Source: Octopus vulgaris (taxonomy: Eukaryota). From it: a stretch of DNA of 64,000 nt. The translations under genes were made by a program, and so were the position numbers. Below the pieces are notes generated by a model. That model did not search any database and was not told the DNA's origin. It saw only the letters and a list, made by a program, of their open reading frames with translations. Shown here in pieces: positions 24,996 to 39,267 of this stretch; the first letter of the stretch is position 1; each line of letters begins with the position of its first letter. The stretch covers positions 46,934,001 through 46,998,000 of the forward strand of contig OX597831.1 of assembly GCA_951406725.2 (NCBI GenBank). Direction: 5' to 3'.

Positions 24996-25209
24996 ACTTA
25001 CAAATATCTGATATTCGTTACCTTTACCTGATAAATAATTAATACGCAGTTTTCGTTGCACCCAGAATCGAAACTGCAAACTTGATATCATTGATTGAAG
25101 ATCTCTGAAGATAAGACCACTACTCAATATGTTACATGTTTTATTTGTAAAGGTTATCTTTGCCTTTGGAAAGTTCTTCGCAGAATTTGTTGTTGTTGTT
25201 GTTGTTGTT

Positions 25210-25240
<31 letters not shown>

Positions 25241-25586
25241 ATGCTGATGTTTATGCTGTTGCTGATGCAATTACTATGGTGGTATTAAATCAGTTAAAAG
25301 CTTTCAGAAACGTCACACTGGAAATATAAGATTTTGTAAGATGCCTTCGTGTATGGAGGTAAGTAGATTAGTGAGTGGGAGGAGAATAATGAGGTGGAGC
25401 ATGTATGGAGGTAGAGGAGGCATAGGTTTGGTAGTGTAGGTGAGGAAAGTTTGGGAGTGAAGCGGAAAGTGGATTAGATCGAATGTATTACTAGGTGAGG
25501 GAAATTGTTATAACTAGAACCATATATTATAGTTGAGTTGTGAGGGAAGAGAATAAAAAAGACGTATGTGCACTGAGAAATACAGG

Positions 25587-25634
<48 letters not shown>

Positions 25635-26297
25635 AGGGAGAGAGAAACAGACAGAGATGCAGACTAGCAGAAAAAGATGTGAAGTGAGGGATAAGAAGCA
25701 GAGTAGTCATTACAATTATGACGACATCAATAGCAAATATAACGCCAAATGCAATAGCAACGATAGCAACAATGACAACAATATTGGTAACAAGACAAAC
25801 AGCTATAGCAAATAACTTCAAGATGAACAACTAGAACAAGGCAACAAGAACAACAATAACAACAACAACAACAACCAGCATATAAGACTAAGAGTGGTAC
25901 CTCCGGCAAACTGAGAATATTCCGTTTCTAGGAAGGGAAGAGGGGAAAAATGAGTGCCATTCTTTCTGGAATGGTTCCAAAGCTAACTTGGAAGCCGTAC
26001 AAGTCACAACAGAAATATCAATAACAACATCAACAACAACAGCAACGATAATGATAGTGCTGTTGATGATTGCTTTTATTTTCTAAAAGGATGACGGATG
26101 GGAGAACATTTCACACTCAGGTTACAAAATGTGTGGATATTTTTTTGTTGATAATAAATGAAAAAAAAGAACATTAAAGTGTAATTGTACACAGTATACG
26201 ATATTCTATAATGTTTTTAAACGAGGACAATCATCCAGAGGTAGTCAATGAACCCTACAGATCATGGATTACCCTGACTACCAAAGGTAGAGTCCTT

Positions 26298-26520
26298 AGC
26301 TGGCAGACACGTTAGCGCGCCGGGCGGAATGCTTAGCGATATTTCGTCTATCGTTACGTTCTGAGTTCAAATTCCGCCGAGGTCGACTTTGCCTTTCATC
26401 CTTTCGGGGTCGATAAATAAAAGTACCAGTTTCGCACTGGGGTCGATGTAATCGACTTAATCCCTTTGTCTGTCCTTGTTTGTCCTCTCTATGTTTAGCC
26501 CCTTGTGGGCAATAAAGAAA
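26298..26520 (+). mobile_element. SINE family B monomer
   Basis: gctggcaga..gttagc head, gagttcaaattcc B box, gcctttcatcctttcggggtcgat central domain. Confidence 0.85.
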
Positions 26521-26827
26521 TATATATGCACATACTTAGAGTAGACTTGTTCACTTGTCATATTCGCTACCCACCTGGTTTTTTTTAAAACAATTACTAT
26601 AGTGCGAAAAATCCCATCCCCCGCTCCTAAACTGTAACTAAATATAGAACTTGGAAATATCGGTTATTACTTGGTGGCAGAAGATGAAAGTATCTGCCTG
26701 CGGCTCTTGCAGTCGTACGCCTACTTTCCCTATAATCACTCGGAATAGTTTTCCCTGTGGCAATAGTTGTTTGGTGCTCCAGCATGGCCGCAGTCAAATG
26801 ACTGAAACAAGTAAAAGAGTAAAAGAG

Positions 26828-27092
26828 ATGTGTATGTGTGTGTGAGTGTGTTGTGTATGTATGTATGCATGTATGTATGTATGTATGTATGTATGTATGT
26901 ATGTATGCATGCATGCATGTATGTATGTATGCATGTATGTATGTATGCATGTATGTATGTATGTATGTATGTATGTATGTATGTATGCATGCATGCATGT
27001 ATGTATGTATGTATGTATGTATGTATGTGTATGTATGTATGTATGTATGTATGTATGTATGCATGTATGTATGTATGTATGTATGTATGTGT
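26828..27092. repeat. (TATG)n/(CATG) microsatellite
   Basis: Read directly. Confidence 0.97.
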
Positions 27093-27807
27093 AATATTGT
27101 GGACAATAGTTGTTTGACAAATCTTCACCCAATAGTATTAAATAGTGCATGTGAACCGAAATCGTTGCTCCGCTCACATCTTAAACAGGCCCAGATAACA
27201 GCCCTTTTTATGTCTGTTGAGTGTGTCGTAAACTGATAATGCTCTCCTCCGATAGCATTGTCTGTCCGGGACTTCTGGAAGTTACCCATAGTCCCCAAAC
27301 TAATTTTGGCGGGGTGGGTTGGGGTGGGACCACCTTCAAAGGAGAGATCTTTTGCAGAACCTCTTACTGTATCTGTTGGTCTTCTAACTGCGACTGATTT
27401 TGCTTCAGGCGATTTCTACATCCATTGTAAATGTCACAATAGTAGTGGTGGTGGAGTCGGTCAACAGAACTGGTGTCAACGTCATAGTGGTGGAAGCACT
27501 GGTGATTGGGAGTGTGCTATTATCGTTGTTGTTGTTGCTGCTACTGCTGCTGCTGCTGTTTTTGCTCTCTCTTAAGACTGGCAATGTCAGGAATATAGAA
27601 TTGAAAGTTGCTGCAGTTGCTGTTGTTAGTGGTGGCGGTAATGGTGGCGATGGATTAATTTTTGTTGTTATTGTTACTGCTCGTAACACTTGGCATGTTG
27701 TTGTTGGTGTTGGTGGTGGTGGTAGTGGTGGTGGCGGCGGTGGCGCTAGTGGTGCTAGTGATGATGATGGTGATGTTATTGTTGCTGCCTTCTGTGAAAA
27801 AATTATC

Positions 27808-27895
27808 TATCTTGGGCAAGTGCCTTCTACTATAGCCTCGGGTCGACCAAAGCCTTGTGAGTGGATTTGGTAGACGGAAACTGAAAGAAGTTGGT

Positions 27896-27969
<74 letters not shown>

Positions 27970-28230
27970 AGTTGTGTGTGTGTGTGTGTGTGTGTGTGTT
28001 TATATGTTTGTGTGTCTGTGTTTGTCCCTCCCCCAACATCGCTTGATAACCGATGCTGGTGTGTTTACGCACCCGCAACTTAGCGGTTCGGCAAAAGAGA
28101 CCGATAGAATAAGTACCAGGCTTACAAAGAATAAGTCCGGGGGGGTCGATTTGCTCGACTAAAGGCGGTGCTCCAGCATGGCCACAGTCACATGACTGAA
28201 ACAAGTAAAAGAGTAAAAAGAGAGTAAAAG
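27808..28230 (+). mobile_element. SINE family D (5'-truncated) with internal (TA)n(TG)n
   Basis: cttgggcaagtg...gacggaaactgaaagaag-[microsatellite]-cttagcggttcggcaaaagagacc...gactgaaacaagtaaaagag. Confidence 0.85.
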
Positions 28231-29257
28231 AGTATATAAAGCGTCTTTTACTCTTTTCTCTTTTTTTTTCCTCTCAGTAAAACTTTCCGAGCACATGTTA
28301 AATTCAACCTTACTGCTCCCACGGCCGTCGAGTTTTCCCCTCACCACCGCTTCTTGAAAAGAAGAATAATTAACGAAGAACACTAACACATGTTTAATAA
28401 AGACACGGAAATAAGAAAATTACAACAAACCCAGGCATTTATAAATACCGAAGGATCAATAAACTAAACATTGTGCAACACACATAAATGAAAGAAAAGG
28501 TTAGGGTAGAATGTTATTATCACCGTGATCACCGTGACCGAGCAGGCTATCAGATGTTGCTACACATCGCTGGTCACAATGCGCTTCGCATTGTTTTAGC
28601 CTTCAAATGACGCCACCCCGCTGGCTACGCCAGCAGGCCAACAGAAGAAAGAGTGAAAGTTGTGGCGAAAGAGTACAGCAGGGACCGCCCTCGTAGAGCT
28701 TTAGGTGTTTTCGCTCAATAAACACTCACAACGCCCGGTCTGGGAATCGAAACTGCAATCCTACAACCGCGAAACCTCAATCCTACAACCACGAAACCGC
28801 AATCCTACAACCGCGAGTCCGCAGCCCTCACCACTGCGCCATTGTGCCTCCACAGAATGTTATTATAGACGCGTTAAATTAATTCTTAAAACAAATCTAA
28901 ATGCAAACATTAAAAATAACAGGCATCAATACTTTAGCTCTAGCAGTAATAAGTTATGGTTATAATATTTTGAATAGAATGCTAAACTAGCGAGACTAGG
29001 CAGAAAAAAAAAATCAAGAAAATAATTACTGCATTTAACCCTTTAACGGAGGACATCATCAATTGAGTTTTTTTTTTCATTAGAGAACAGTGGACATCAA
29101 CAATTGATGTTTCAAAAATTTTACATGGATATGGTCATCATCAAAGGAAAGGGAATACGTTACGGCACTTTTTGATAATGAGATTTTAAATTTTATTGTG
29201 CGAGAGACTAACAATTATTGTAGTCTTTGTACTTATTTAAAGGGAAAATAAGTATAA

Positions 29258-29296
<39 letters not shown>

Positions 29297-29299
29297 CGT

Positions 29300-30130
29300 T
29301 TGGCAGACATTCATGCAACCCTTTCCTGCTTTCACCAGAAGAGATCCTTGGTAATAGTGAGGCCCAGCGTTTTGGGGAGTCTGTGTAGGCTTTAGATGAG
29401 TGTTGCTGATGGTTAGATGGAATGGTGTAACGGTGTTTTCTGGATATGGATAGAGCTTGAGGTTTCCGCTGTTATAAGAAACACGGTTTGAAGGCCTTCC
29501 TGGAGGGTGCTTTGAAAAACTTCTCTAAAGTAAGAACATTACAGTGAGTGGCAAAAACGAGTAAATCTTTAATGAATCTAGCTCTGCGGAAGCAGTTTTG
29601 GTTATCATTGAGAAGGGAGAGAGAGAGAGAGAGAGGGGCAGGCAGACAGACAGACAGAGATTTAACGTGAGACATCACTGTTAGTGGCTGTCTTCATTAA
29701 TATGGAAAAGTTGGAGCAATGAGACATTAATGTGTCGAAGGGACTGCTTGTCGAAGGGACTGCTTGTCGAAGGGACTGCTTTCTTTTAAACAGGACATAC
29801 TCTGAAGCTGCTTCCCCGTAGAGAGTGAGGAGTATGTTCTGTGGAAGGGGGTAAATTTGAAAGGGATTGGTCTTGGGTGTGTAGTGTGAAGTTGGGTGCA
29901 AGACTGACAGCAAAGTAGAGGCTTTGACCATTGAGGTATAGCTTTTTGAGCCATCGTTGTTTAGAAGAGGAATAAAAAAAGGACTCCATAAAGTTGGTGG
30001 AGATTCGTTTGACAAGGGGTCAGGCGGATTGGCTGTAATTTGGAAAGTAGGAAAGCTTGGGGTTCGTATGATTTATGAAAGCATTCTTTGCACACCAAAT
30101 AGGAGCCTCCCAGGAGTTGCGCTGGCCTGA
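29300..30130 (-). mobile_element. Decayed retroelement fragment, possibly PLE RT C-terminal region; related copy at 39800-40000 (+)
   Basis: Both copies share EAASE-VLFK-KQSLR and MSHCSNFSILMKTA; HYTPKTNPFQ and QRGY resemble PLE RT thumb motifs. Confidence 0.4.
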
Positions 30131-30839
30131 TTTCCCGGACATTGATTGCCTTTTTTACTTTTTGTCCCCTGAACAGCTGCAGCGCAGATTTATAAGCAGT
30201 TAAGATTCACTACAGGGCAGTAATCCAGTTGAAAATGAAACACTTTTCGTTGCGTCTGAAAGAGTGAGATGAGTCATTAAGAGCGGGATTAACTTTTTCT
30301 AATGGTCCACTTTTGATGCATGTAGATTTGCCATAATATATAATACATAATATATGTAGATTTGCCATATTATATCATATTCTACATATATAAAATACCA
30401 CCGTGTATCTCATTCATTCACAGCAGGGTAGCAGTCCTGTTGAAAATGAAACGCTTTTCCTTACGTCTTGAAGAGTGAGATGAGCCATAGAGTAGGAGCG
30501 GGATCAACTTTTTGTAATGGTCCACTTTTGATGTGCATAGATTTGCCATAATCTACATAGATATTATATTATATTTTACCTATATAAAATGCCACTGTGT
30601 ATCCCATTATTTCCATCCATATCTATTCTTATGTAAGAAAAAAATTAAACAAATCGTGGACCAAAAGACTACCTAAAAGCAATCAACTGCTCAATGGTCC
30701 ACAAACACATTAAATTAGAAAATGTTTTTAGAAAGGTCCCATACACACAGGGAACACCTCAGTGGTTCAGCTATTGCCGAGAACACTACAGACCAAGAAG
30801 TGATGACTGGGGTGGCCGAGACTCCAACACTGTATATCG

Positions 30840-31066
30840 ATGAGCTGGCAGAAACGTTAGCACGCCGGGTGAAATGCGTAGCCGTATTTCGTCTGCCGCT
30901 ACGTTCTGAGTTCAAATTCCACCGAGGTCGACTTTGTCTTTCATCCTTTCGGGGTCGATAAATTAAGTACCAGTTACGCACTGGGGTCGATATAATCGAC
31001 TTAATCCGTCTGTCTGTCCTTGTTTGTCCCCTCTGTGTTTAGCCCCTTGTGGGTAGTAAAGAAATA
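30840..31066 (+). mobile_element. SINE family B monomer with 16-bp TSD
   Basis: tgtatatcgatgagct at 30831-30846 and 31067-31082. Confidence 0.9.
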
Positions 31067-33467
31067 TGTATATCGATGAGCTATTCTTGCCCGTTTGTTT
31101 ACCATGTGGTAAGACAGCAAGCATTAAGCGTATTGGCTATACCAATAATACCGTATCGATGACGCGATGCAGTACCAATCAATTTGCCCTGTATAAAATG
31201 TTAACTAAATACTATTTCCATGCTGCACAAAGATAATTCATTAATGATTCACCAAGCAATAAAAATATCATGAAACGAACTTAGAGAACGTGAAGAAGAA
31301 ATCAAGCAAACGATAAATTACACCAAGATACAAAAATATATTACCAGGTTTATACTAAAACGAGAGCTGAAGCAAAAAGCTATAAATCGATAGTTTGTAT
31401 CCCGTCACCAAAGCTGCATTATGAGTATGAAAGATTTAATTTTTATTAACTCAGTTCATTTAGATGTGCAAGACTATGGCACTATATATAAATGAGCGCC
31501 ATAGTTATGCACAGTTCACCACTATGAGCAGCATACGGATTACATAGTATTTTGTGTGTTTATATCGTTGATCTGAGCTGAGTTTATGTTTTCTCATAAG
31601 GAAAAAATGTCACCTTTTTTGTATTTTGCTTAATCCACGAATTTACGGTACAAACCACAGCCTACCTGTGCCCTGCAAGATGCTGTCTGCAAGACAAAAT
31701 AATTTGCAGATAGAAAATTTCAGTCTAGTTCTTGGGAGATATCTCTCACCTACTTAACATCATCGAGTAAGTCTGAAGACAACATAACACACTCTGGTAA
31801 ATGTAGTGAATAAGAGAGAAACACGTTTCCTTTTTTCTAAAAACAAAATATGTTGTAGATGCTGAAATATTAAAGCTATAAATAAAAATATTTACTAAAT
31901 TGAAAGCACAACAACCACAGCACAAACTAGATTTTAATATAAGCTACATATCTATCGATTCAAAACAGAATAACAGAATGACAAACAACATAATGAACCA
32001 GTAAAGCATCTCTATTAACAAAGGCAACATAAATTCTTTGTCGTGAAAACACAATACGTAAACAGTAAAGGGAACTTAAGAATATGTTATAAAATGGATG
32101 GATCAAACATTTAAAAGAAAAACTTGTGCTGATAACGACGAAAGTAAAACCTTCCAAGAATAAAGCGAAAGCAATAAATATGGTTGTAACCGAGTTATGA
32201 GGAAATCTTTGAGAAATATCGAAATTGACATTAATGGTTTAAACCGGTTAATGCGTGGCACAATCTCAATTATTACGAAAATGTTATGGTACTACTTAGA
32301 AGGAAATTGAGACAAACCAGCCAAAAGAAGAATAACAAAGAACTGGAAAGAAAAGAAAACAAAATTAATCATAAAAGGAAAAGACTACGATCTTTAGCAA
32401 AATCGATAGACAACGTTCAAAGAGAGAGAATTGAATCCTACAAGAAAATAATACAAAACATTTTTTTTTAAATCCCATTTTGAAAAGAAGCATTAAGACA
32501 AAATAAATTGACATTATCGCAAAGAATAAGATGCTTGGGGGAAAAAAAAACGAAACTGTAATAACAACGCTTGTATGAACACAAGTCAAGTGTTCACCAA
32601 TGATCTGCAAAAGTTATTTTATTCCGAAAGACAAATAAACCAAAAAACTAATAAATTACGCAATCGCTATCGTAAAAGAAATTGAAAGGTTATAGGAATT
32701 GAAAAGTTATCCATGGATAAAGCAACAGCAGCGTTCAATAAAGCTAAAAATCTCCGTAGATCCACAAAAGACAGAAAATAAACAAATCAGAGAACAAATT
32801 GAAATTCGACATTAACTGCATTAATGCCTGTTGTTGCCCTCTCCATTTACTTTGGAAGGATCTAAGAACAAAAATAAGGCCACTAACCTCCGTCTCCAGA
32901 GTACACAATCCGATTGGTTGAATGCCCTACGTTCACAACCGGCATAGCGCAAGATAAGAAAACAATAAACAGCCATTGCTGGTAATCTCTTATATAACGA
33001 ATCAACAAAAAATGCCTTTACACGATCACTAGACCTGCTAGAAATTACAGTTAAATTTCCCTCAAATCGCATTGCACTTTGTTGTCTTAAATAAGAACAG
33101 ATATGCTGGGCAATATAGTTCCTGAAGAGAGGCGATATTCACAGTTTTGATGCCTTTAATAATTAGTTCTCAGCATAAGGGTTAATCTAGGGTTTAACTC
33201 AACAAACATTTTGCCTCCAACAATATCACGATGCATTGACTACGAAAATATTGTTGCAACACTATGCCTCCCCTATTCATGAGCAATCCTTCGAGTACGT
33301 TCTACATCACATGACCTTTGATAGTGGTCAAATATAAATAATAGCCAACACTGATTCTCAAAGGCCTTGTGTGCCCTATTGTTGGAGTCAGAAACTTCTT
33401 CGACTCTGCTTAGCCTATACGAAACACGGGTGCGCTCTACTATAGAGTAATATTCGCACAAATGTTA

Positions 33468-33850
33468 AGGCGGCGAATTGGCAGAAACGTTTGTACGCCG
33501 GGCGAAATGCTTAGCGGTGTTTCGTCTGCCGTTACGTTCTGAGTTCAAATTCTGCCGAGGTCGACTTTGCCTTTCATCCTTTCGGAGTCGATTAAATAAG
33601 TACCAGTTACGCACTGGGGTTGATGTAATCGACTTAATCTGTTTGTCTATCCTTGTTCGTCCCCTCTGTGTTTATCCTTTTGTGGGTAGTAAAGAAATAG
33701 GTATTTCGTCTGTCTTTACGTTCTGAATTCAAATTCCGCCGAGGTCGACTTTGCTTTTCATCCTTTCGGGGTCGATAAATTAGGTACCAATTGCGTACTA
33801 GGGTCGATCTGATCGACTGGCTTCCTCCCCTAAAGTTTCGGGCCTGTGTT
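33468..33850 (+). mobile_element. SINE family B dimer
   Basis: One head, two bodies joined at aagaaatag|gtatttcgtc, then the alternative tail. Confidence 0.85.
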
Positions 33851-35671
33851 ACACATTCAAATTTGTAGAATGAATTCAAAAGAAAAGGTAATCCGTCTGC
33901 TTAGAAAAACTTACTAGCACACTACAACACCATCCTACTGACATGATGTGTTCTTCTGTATCATCAATAGTTATCACTCGATTCCGGCTCTTTTAAACTA
34001 GTTATCTGTGTACCATCATCACCCTACAAGTCTCCTATTCTCCCATCTCTCGCTCTCCATTCTTCTCTGTTCTTTCATTTCCAAAACCAGACAGTAAACA
34101 CTTCTCTAAACCCTAATCCCCAGAAATGCAACTTCTTGAACTCCCTTCCTGTCCCACGATTTTTCCCCCACAGAGGAGACGAACAAGGACAGACAAACGG
34201 ATTAAGTCGATTATATCGACCCCCAGTGCGTAACTGGCACTTATTTAAGTCGAAATTGCAGCTGAGTATCAAACTTGACCTCACCAGTCTGGATATAATG
34301 TCTCCTAGGAATAAATGCAGAAAAGAAAATCACCAGTTATTGCCGTACTTACTTCAGTTCTTTGTGACCTCATTCAATTATGGTTTCGTTCACGTTATAA
34401 TGGCATCGACTGAAGCAGAAAAGGTGCAATGATTAAGCAAAATTCAATGAATTCGATTATAAGCAGTTTGAAATGACGCAATGATACGAACAAATAAGCA
34501 AACTTTACGGTTCAGTACTTCACTATAAGCCGTACTATCAACTTAGATATATGGTCGGCTAACGTACCTAATACCTCTCACTTGCAATGTCAGTCTTCTT
34601 TTTACGTTTTAATTTTTTAATAAAGCAAAAAAAAATATACTGTTAATTCTCAGCATGGCCTGACCGGTGTGGAAGAAAAACCAGGAGGTATAATCAATAT
34701 ACATTCTTGTCATGAAAATGGCACAAACGATTCCAGTGACCCGTCAATGTTCATAATTTCTTTTTAAATCACCTCAGAGCTCTAATTCACATTCCGTAAC
34801 TAACAAGATTCTAACATTGCAACGCAGGTTAAACATTTTAATATGAATATACACGAGGTGGGTATATATTGCTAAAAATATCAAGCTTATATAGCTAAAA
34901 TTATATATAATCTACGTGAAAATCTACACCCCGCATATACACTCGCATATATACACATAGACACACGTACACGAAAAAAAGAAAGAAACAAAAACTTTTG
35001 GCTTTCTCCATTAAAGTAGGAAACAGTTTAAAATAGAGGAAAATCGATTCCTTTGATTCCGTTTAAATATAAAATCAATAATTGCTGGAATCTTCGTGAA
35101 AACTTGAAATATTTCGTGTTTATCACTTGATTGTTCTATAGTAAACAATGCAGGTTTGGTAATGTTGTGCTGTGATCTTACTGAGGACGCCGTAGCGTAA
35201 CAGTCACACGCTTGGAAAGCTAAGACGGCCTCACAGTTTCAAAGCATTTCGCTTCTTCGCTTACACTAGTGGTTCACAACCTGGAATCATATACTACATA
35301 TGAGTGTGAGAAAGGGAAAAGATGGGAAGAGGGAGAGATTCAGAGTACCAATACTGAGTAAGTTATGAATGAATATAAGGAGTCTTTCAATGACGTATCT
35401 ACTCACCCTTAATGTAATTAATGCTTAATGCTTCGAGCAGCGTGAATATTTTATTGAGGTTGTATTTCATCATCTCCCCACTTTTGGTTATTCGCCAGTA
35501 CTCAGCTGGTATTATCTTTATCGATCCCGAAAGGACAAAATAAAAAAAAAATGAAAAGCCTTGTTGACATGTGCAGAATTTGAACCCAGAACGCAGAAGA
35601 CCGAAACAAATACGTATCGCATTTTATGCGACGCTCTAACGTATAGAAGGTATACACTTATCGTAATTGAA

Positions 35672-35900
35672 GACGGCGAGCTGGCAGAAACGTTAGCGCG
35701 CCGGGCGAAATGCTTAGCGGTATTTCGTCTGCCGTTACGTTCTGAGTTCAAATTCCGCCGAGTTCGACTTTGCCTTTCATCCTTTCGAGGTCGATTAAAT
35801 AAGTACAGTTACGCACTGGGGTCGATATGATCGCCTTAATCCGTTTGTCTGTCCTTGTTCGTCCTCTCTGTGTTTAGTCCCTTGTGGGTAGTAAAGAAAT
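35672..35900 (+). mobile_element. SINE family B monomer with about 21-bp TSD
   Basis: aggtatacacttatcgtaatt on both sides. Confidence 0.9.
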
Positions 35901-36559
35901 AGGTATACACTTATCGTAATTATTCTGTGACGAATATTTTTTTGATGATTACAAAACGGAGAACATTCAGCAGATAAAGTGTTTAGGATCTATTAATTCT
36001 GATAACAATAAACGGTTACAACATTATCTCTGATTATATTAAGCGGTTTCTATTGCATTCTTTCTGCTGTGGCCTGACACAAGCATGCTAAGGAACCATG
36101 TGCTCACGTGAACAGCCATCCGCCTACACACACACACACATACACACACATATTCATACATATGCAAACACAGTGTTTAGGAGATACACATACATCTAAC
36201 GATATGAAGTGATAACAGGCGAACCAATGGGTACGCTTCTACATGGCCGCTCAGTCTGTTAGAAATCGCATCTAAATTTCCTTCAAATCATACCCCTAAA
36301 GTCTTAAAAAAAAGGACTCGTTGGACAGTGAGGTCATTGGTTCCTTGCACATTGGTGAAAAAAGCAGGGCCTCGATTAGAATACCTTTAATCATAAGTTT
36401 GTTTCATCGGAGCGGACCTAGTGCTAGACCACAAAAACAATAACAGCAACTGATAACACTCTAGCGTATATCTATTATGACGTCATGGAGCAGGATTCAG
36501 AGACTGCCTAGTTATCGGTGCATGGATAACACATAGGCTTTCTCACGCATATACAGATA

Positions 36560-36915
36560 GATGTGTTGTAAGAAGCTTACTTCCCAAACAACTGGGTTCC
36601 GGGTTCAGTCCCACTGCGTGGCACCTCGAGCAAGTGTCTTCTACTATTGTCTCGGGCATGCCAAAGCCTTGCGAGTGGATTTGGTAGACGGAAACTGAAA
36701 GAAGCCCGTCGTATATATGTGTGTAGGGGGAGTGTTTGTGTTTGTGTTTTTCCCCCGTCTTCGCTTGACTTGTGTTTACGTTCCCGTAAATTAGTGGTTC
36801 GACAAAGAGACAGATAGAATAAGTACTAGGACTTAAAAAAACACTTCAAGACGGTGTTCCAGCATGTCTGCAATCAAATGACTGAAACAAATAAGAGAAT
36901 GAAAGAATAAAAGAG
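36560..36915 (+). mobile_element. SINE family D
   Basis: Matches the 51345 and 60669 copies. Confidence 0.8.
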
Positions 36916-37583
36916 TTACACTCGCTCGCGAAGACACCCATGGAGTCATGACCAGAATGCGGCCAGACCCCTTAGAGTGTAAGAAGTTAAGGGCTGAAAT
37001 ACTTTCCTGGGGTGATGGGGGTTCTTCTCTGAAGAACTCAAGCAAGAGTGGCTACCCAAGGACAAAAACCGTGTTACACTGTGTTATAATAGTATTTCAT
37101 CATGCAGGCTTTTCAATAAACCAAAAAGCCCAACACCAACGCCATCCCACTTTCTTCATCATAAGTCCAGTGATGAAAGAGAAAGAGGTGACGAAGACAG
37201 GTAGAAGATGTTCCTGGGAGTCTTCATCTTGGACCCTAGACACAGGCGGTCATAGACTTATGACTTACTTGGAGTTGTGTCTTGCTGAACCTTTATTCGT
37301 CGAAGCGACGAGAAAGTCCGGATAAGTAGCTTAGTTATTACGTTAAACACTCACAAAGCAATCCTCGTGGAGAATCAAAGTGATAATCTGGGGGATAACT
37401 CTAACACTTTGAACTGAAAATAAAACCCATAACACAAGCTTCTACAGTTTCACTCAGTTTTACTCGATCCAAGGCTATGAAAAAAAAAAGACATTTGGCT
37501 AAGACGAGATGCCATCTAGTGGGATAAAGATCAAACTTCTTACCTTTTCCTTTGCTGCATCCATTTTCGTATAGAAGCACATG

Positions 37584-37651
<68 letters not shown>

Positions 37652-37980
37652 TACATACATACATACATACATACATACATACCTATACACTCACACATAC
37701 CCAACATATACTTTCACTCCATTTACACATACAGGCACATTACATCAACATTCGCATACATATAATATACGTATATATATATGCACAACCAAATAAACAT
37801 TTGCATATGTTTGCAAAACACCTGCAAACACAAACGTGTATATACATACAGTGAGCCTTAAAATGAACCGCATGAAAACGAAATGCATGCTGTGTGAAAA
37901 CGTAGCAAAAAGCCGAATGGTGGTAGGGAAGCGAAGAAAGCGAGGAGATAAAAGAGAACATCAATTTGGTAACACTATGA

Positions 37981-38347
37981 GTGGAAGCACTCCGTCGGTT
38001 ACGACGATGAGCGTTCCGGTTGATCCGAATCAACGGAACAGCCTGCTCGTGAAATTAATGTGTAAGTGGCTGAGCACTCCACAGACACGTGCACCCTTAA
38101 CGTAGTTCTCGGGGATATTCAGCGTGACACAGAGAGTGACAAGGCCGGCCCCTTGAAACACAGGTACAACAGAAACAGGAAGTAAGAGTGAGAGAAAGTT
38201 GTGGTGAAAGAGTACAGCAGGGATCACCACCATCCCCTGCCGGAGACTCGTGGAGCTTTTAGGTGTTTTCGCTCAATAAACACTCACAACGCCCGGTCTG
38301 GGAATCGAAACCGCGATCCTAACCACTGGGCCATTGCGCCTCCTGGG
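37981..38347 (-). mobile_element. SINE family A with 10-bp TSD
   Basis: aacactatga on both sides. Confidence 0.9.
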
Positions 38348-38349
38348 AA

Positions 38350-38705
38350 CACTATGAATATATACTGAGACATGGATGCTGAAATCTCGAGGAGAATAAA
38401 ATTAGGATGGAAGGCTTTACCTCAATGCAAGGCCAGAACAAGAATCTACGTGCCAGTCTCTTTAATAGCATTGTCTCTCCTGGGCTCTTATACATCAGTG
38501 TTACATGGGATACTACAAAGAAGGAAGAAAACCAACTGGCTACGAAGAAAAGGGCCGTGGAAAGATCCATGCTAGGAGTAGCATTGTGGAAGCTTATATG
38601 AAATCAGGTAATTTGAGAAGGGGGTGAAATGAACGACGTGATCGTAAAACATCAAAAGCACTAAAGGTTTACAGACAACAGGTGGGCCCGTGCAGTTGCT
38701 GAGTA
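38350..38705 (+). mobile_element. RTE-clade LINE RT C-terminal fragment (frameshifted)
   Basis: DAEISRRIKLGWKAF...ASLFNSIV.PGLLY...TW...ERSMLGV. Confidence 0.75.
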
Positions 38706-38709
38706 GTAT

Positions 38710-38942
38710 ACCTATTTCTTTACTACCCACAAGGGGCTAAACACAGAGAGGACAAACAAGGACAGACAAACGGATTAAGTCGATTTTATCAACCCCAGTG
38801 CGTAACTGGTACTTAATTTATCGACCCCGAAAGGATGAAAGGCAAAGTCGACCTCGGCGGAATTTGAACTCAGAACGTAAGAGCAGACGAAATACGGCTA
38901 CGCATTTCACCCTGCGTGCTAACGTTTCTGCCAGCTCACCAA
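38710..38942 (-). mobile_element. SINE family B monomer
   Basis: Reverse complement of the family B consensus. Confidence 0.85.
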
Positions 38943-39267
38943 GGTTTAATACTTAGTTTTGTTTTTGTTTTTTTTTTCTTGTGTAAAAAAAAAAGAATAA
39001 TGTTTTTAGAGAAGCAAAAACTCGGCGAGCGTTTTTTGTCTTCTCCCATCAATATCATCCTTTTTCATCATTCATCTCATCAATGTTTTTGTCCAGCCCG
39101 CAAGCTACTCTGTGTCACGCTCTTTATGGCAAAATTTTTAAATAGAGTAGTATATAAGAGGTCGGATAAGAGCCCTCGGAAAGCCTCCACAACGTTGAGA
39201 AGATGATTTTTGTAAAAATATTTGAGCCAAGATGGAAAAGAATGGCGCGATCAAGAAAGAATTGAAA

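Noticed and set aside
27120-27420. About 95 open codons on the minus strand between simple repeats
   Set aside because: No recognisable domain or convincing splice sites; this length is compatible with chance.
30620-32820. Lys/Glu-rich short ORFs and a QGTPQWF peptide suggestive of a viral or transposon relic
   Set aside because: Frames are short and full of stops with no diagnostic motif; a profile search would be needed.
35176-35225. tcttaCTGAGGA...GAAAgctaaga hammerhead-like motif
   Set aside because: There is no room for stem III plus an NUH triplet, and the base of stem II is poor.
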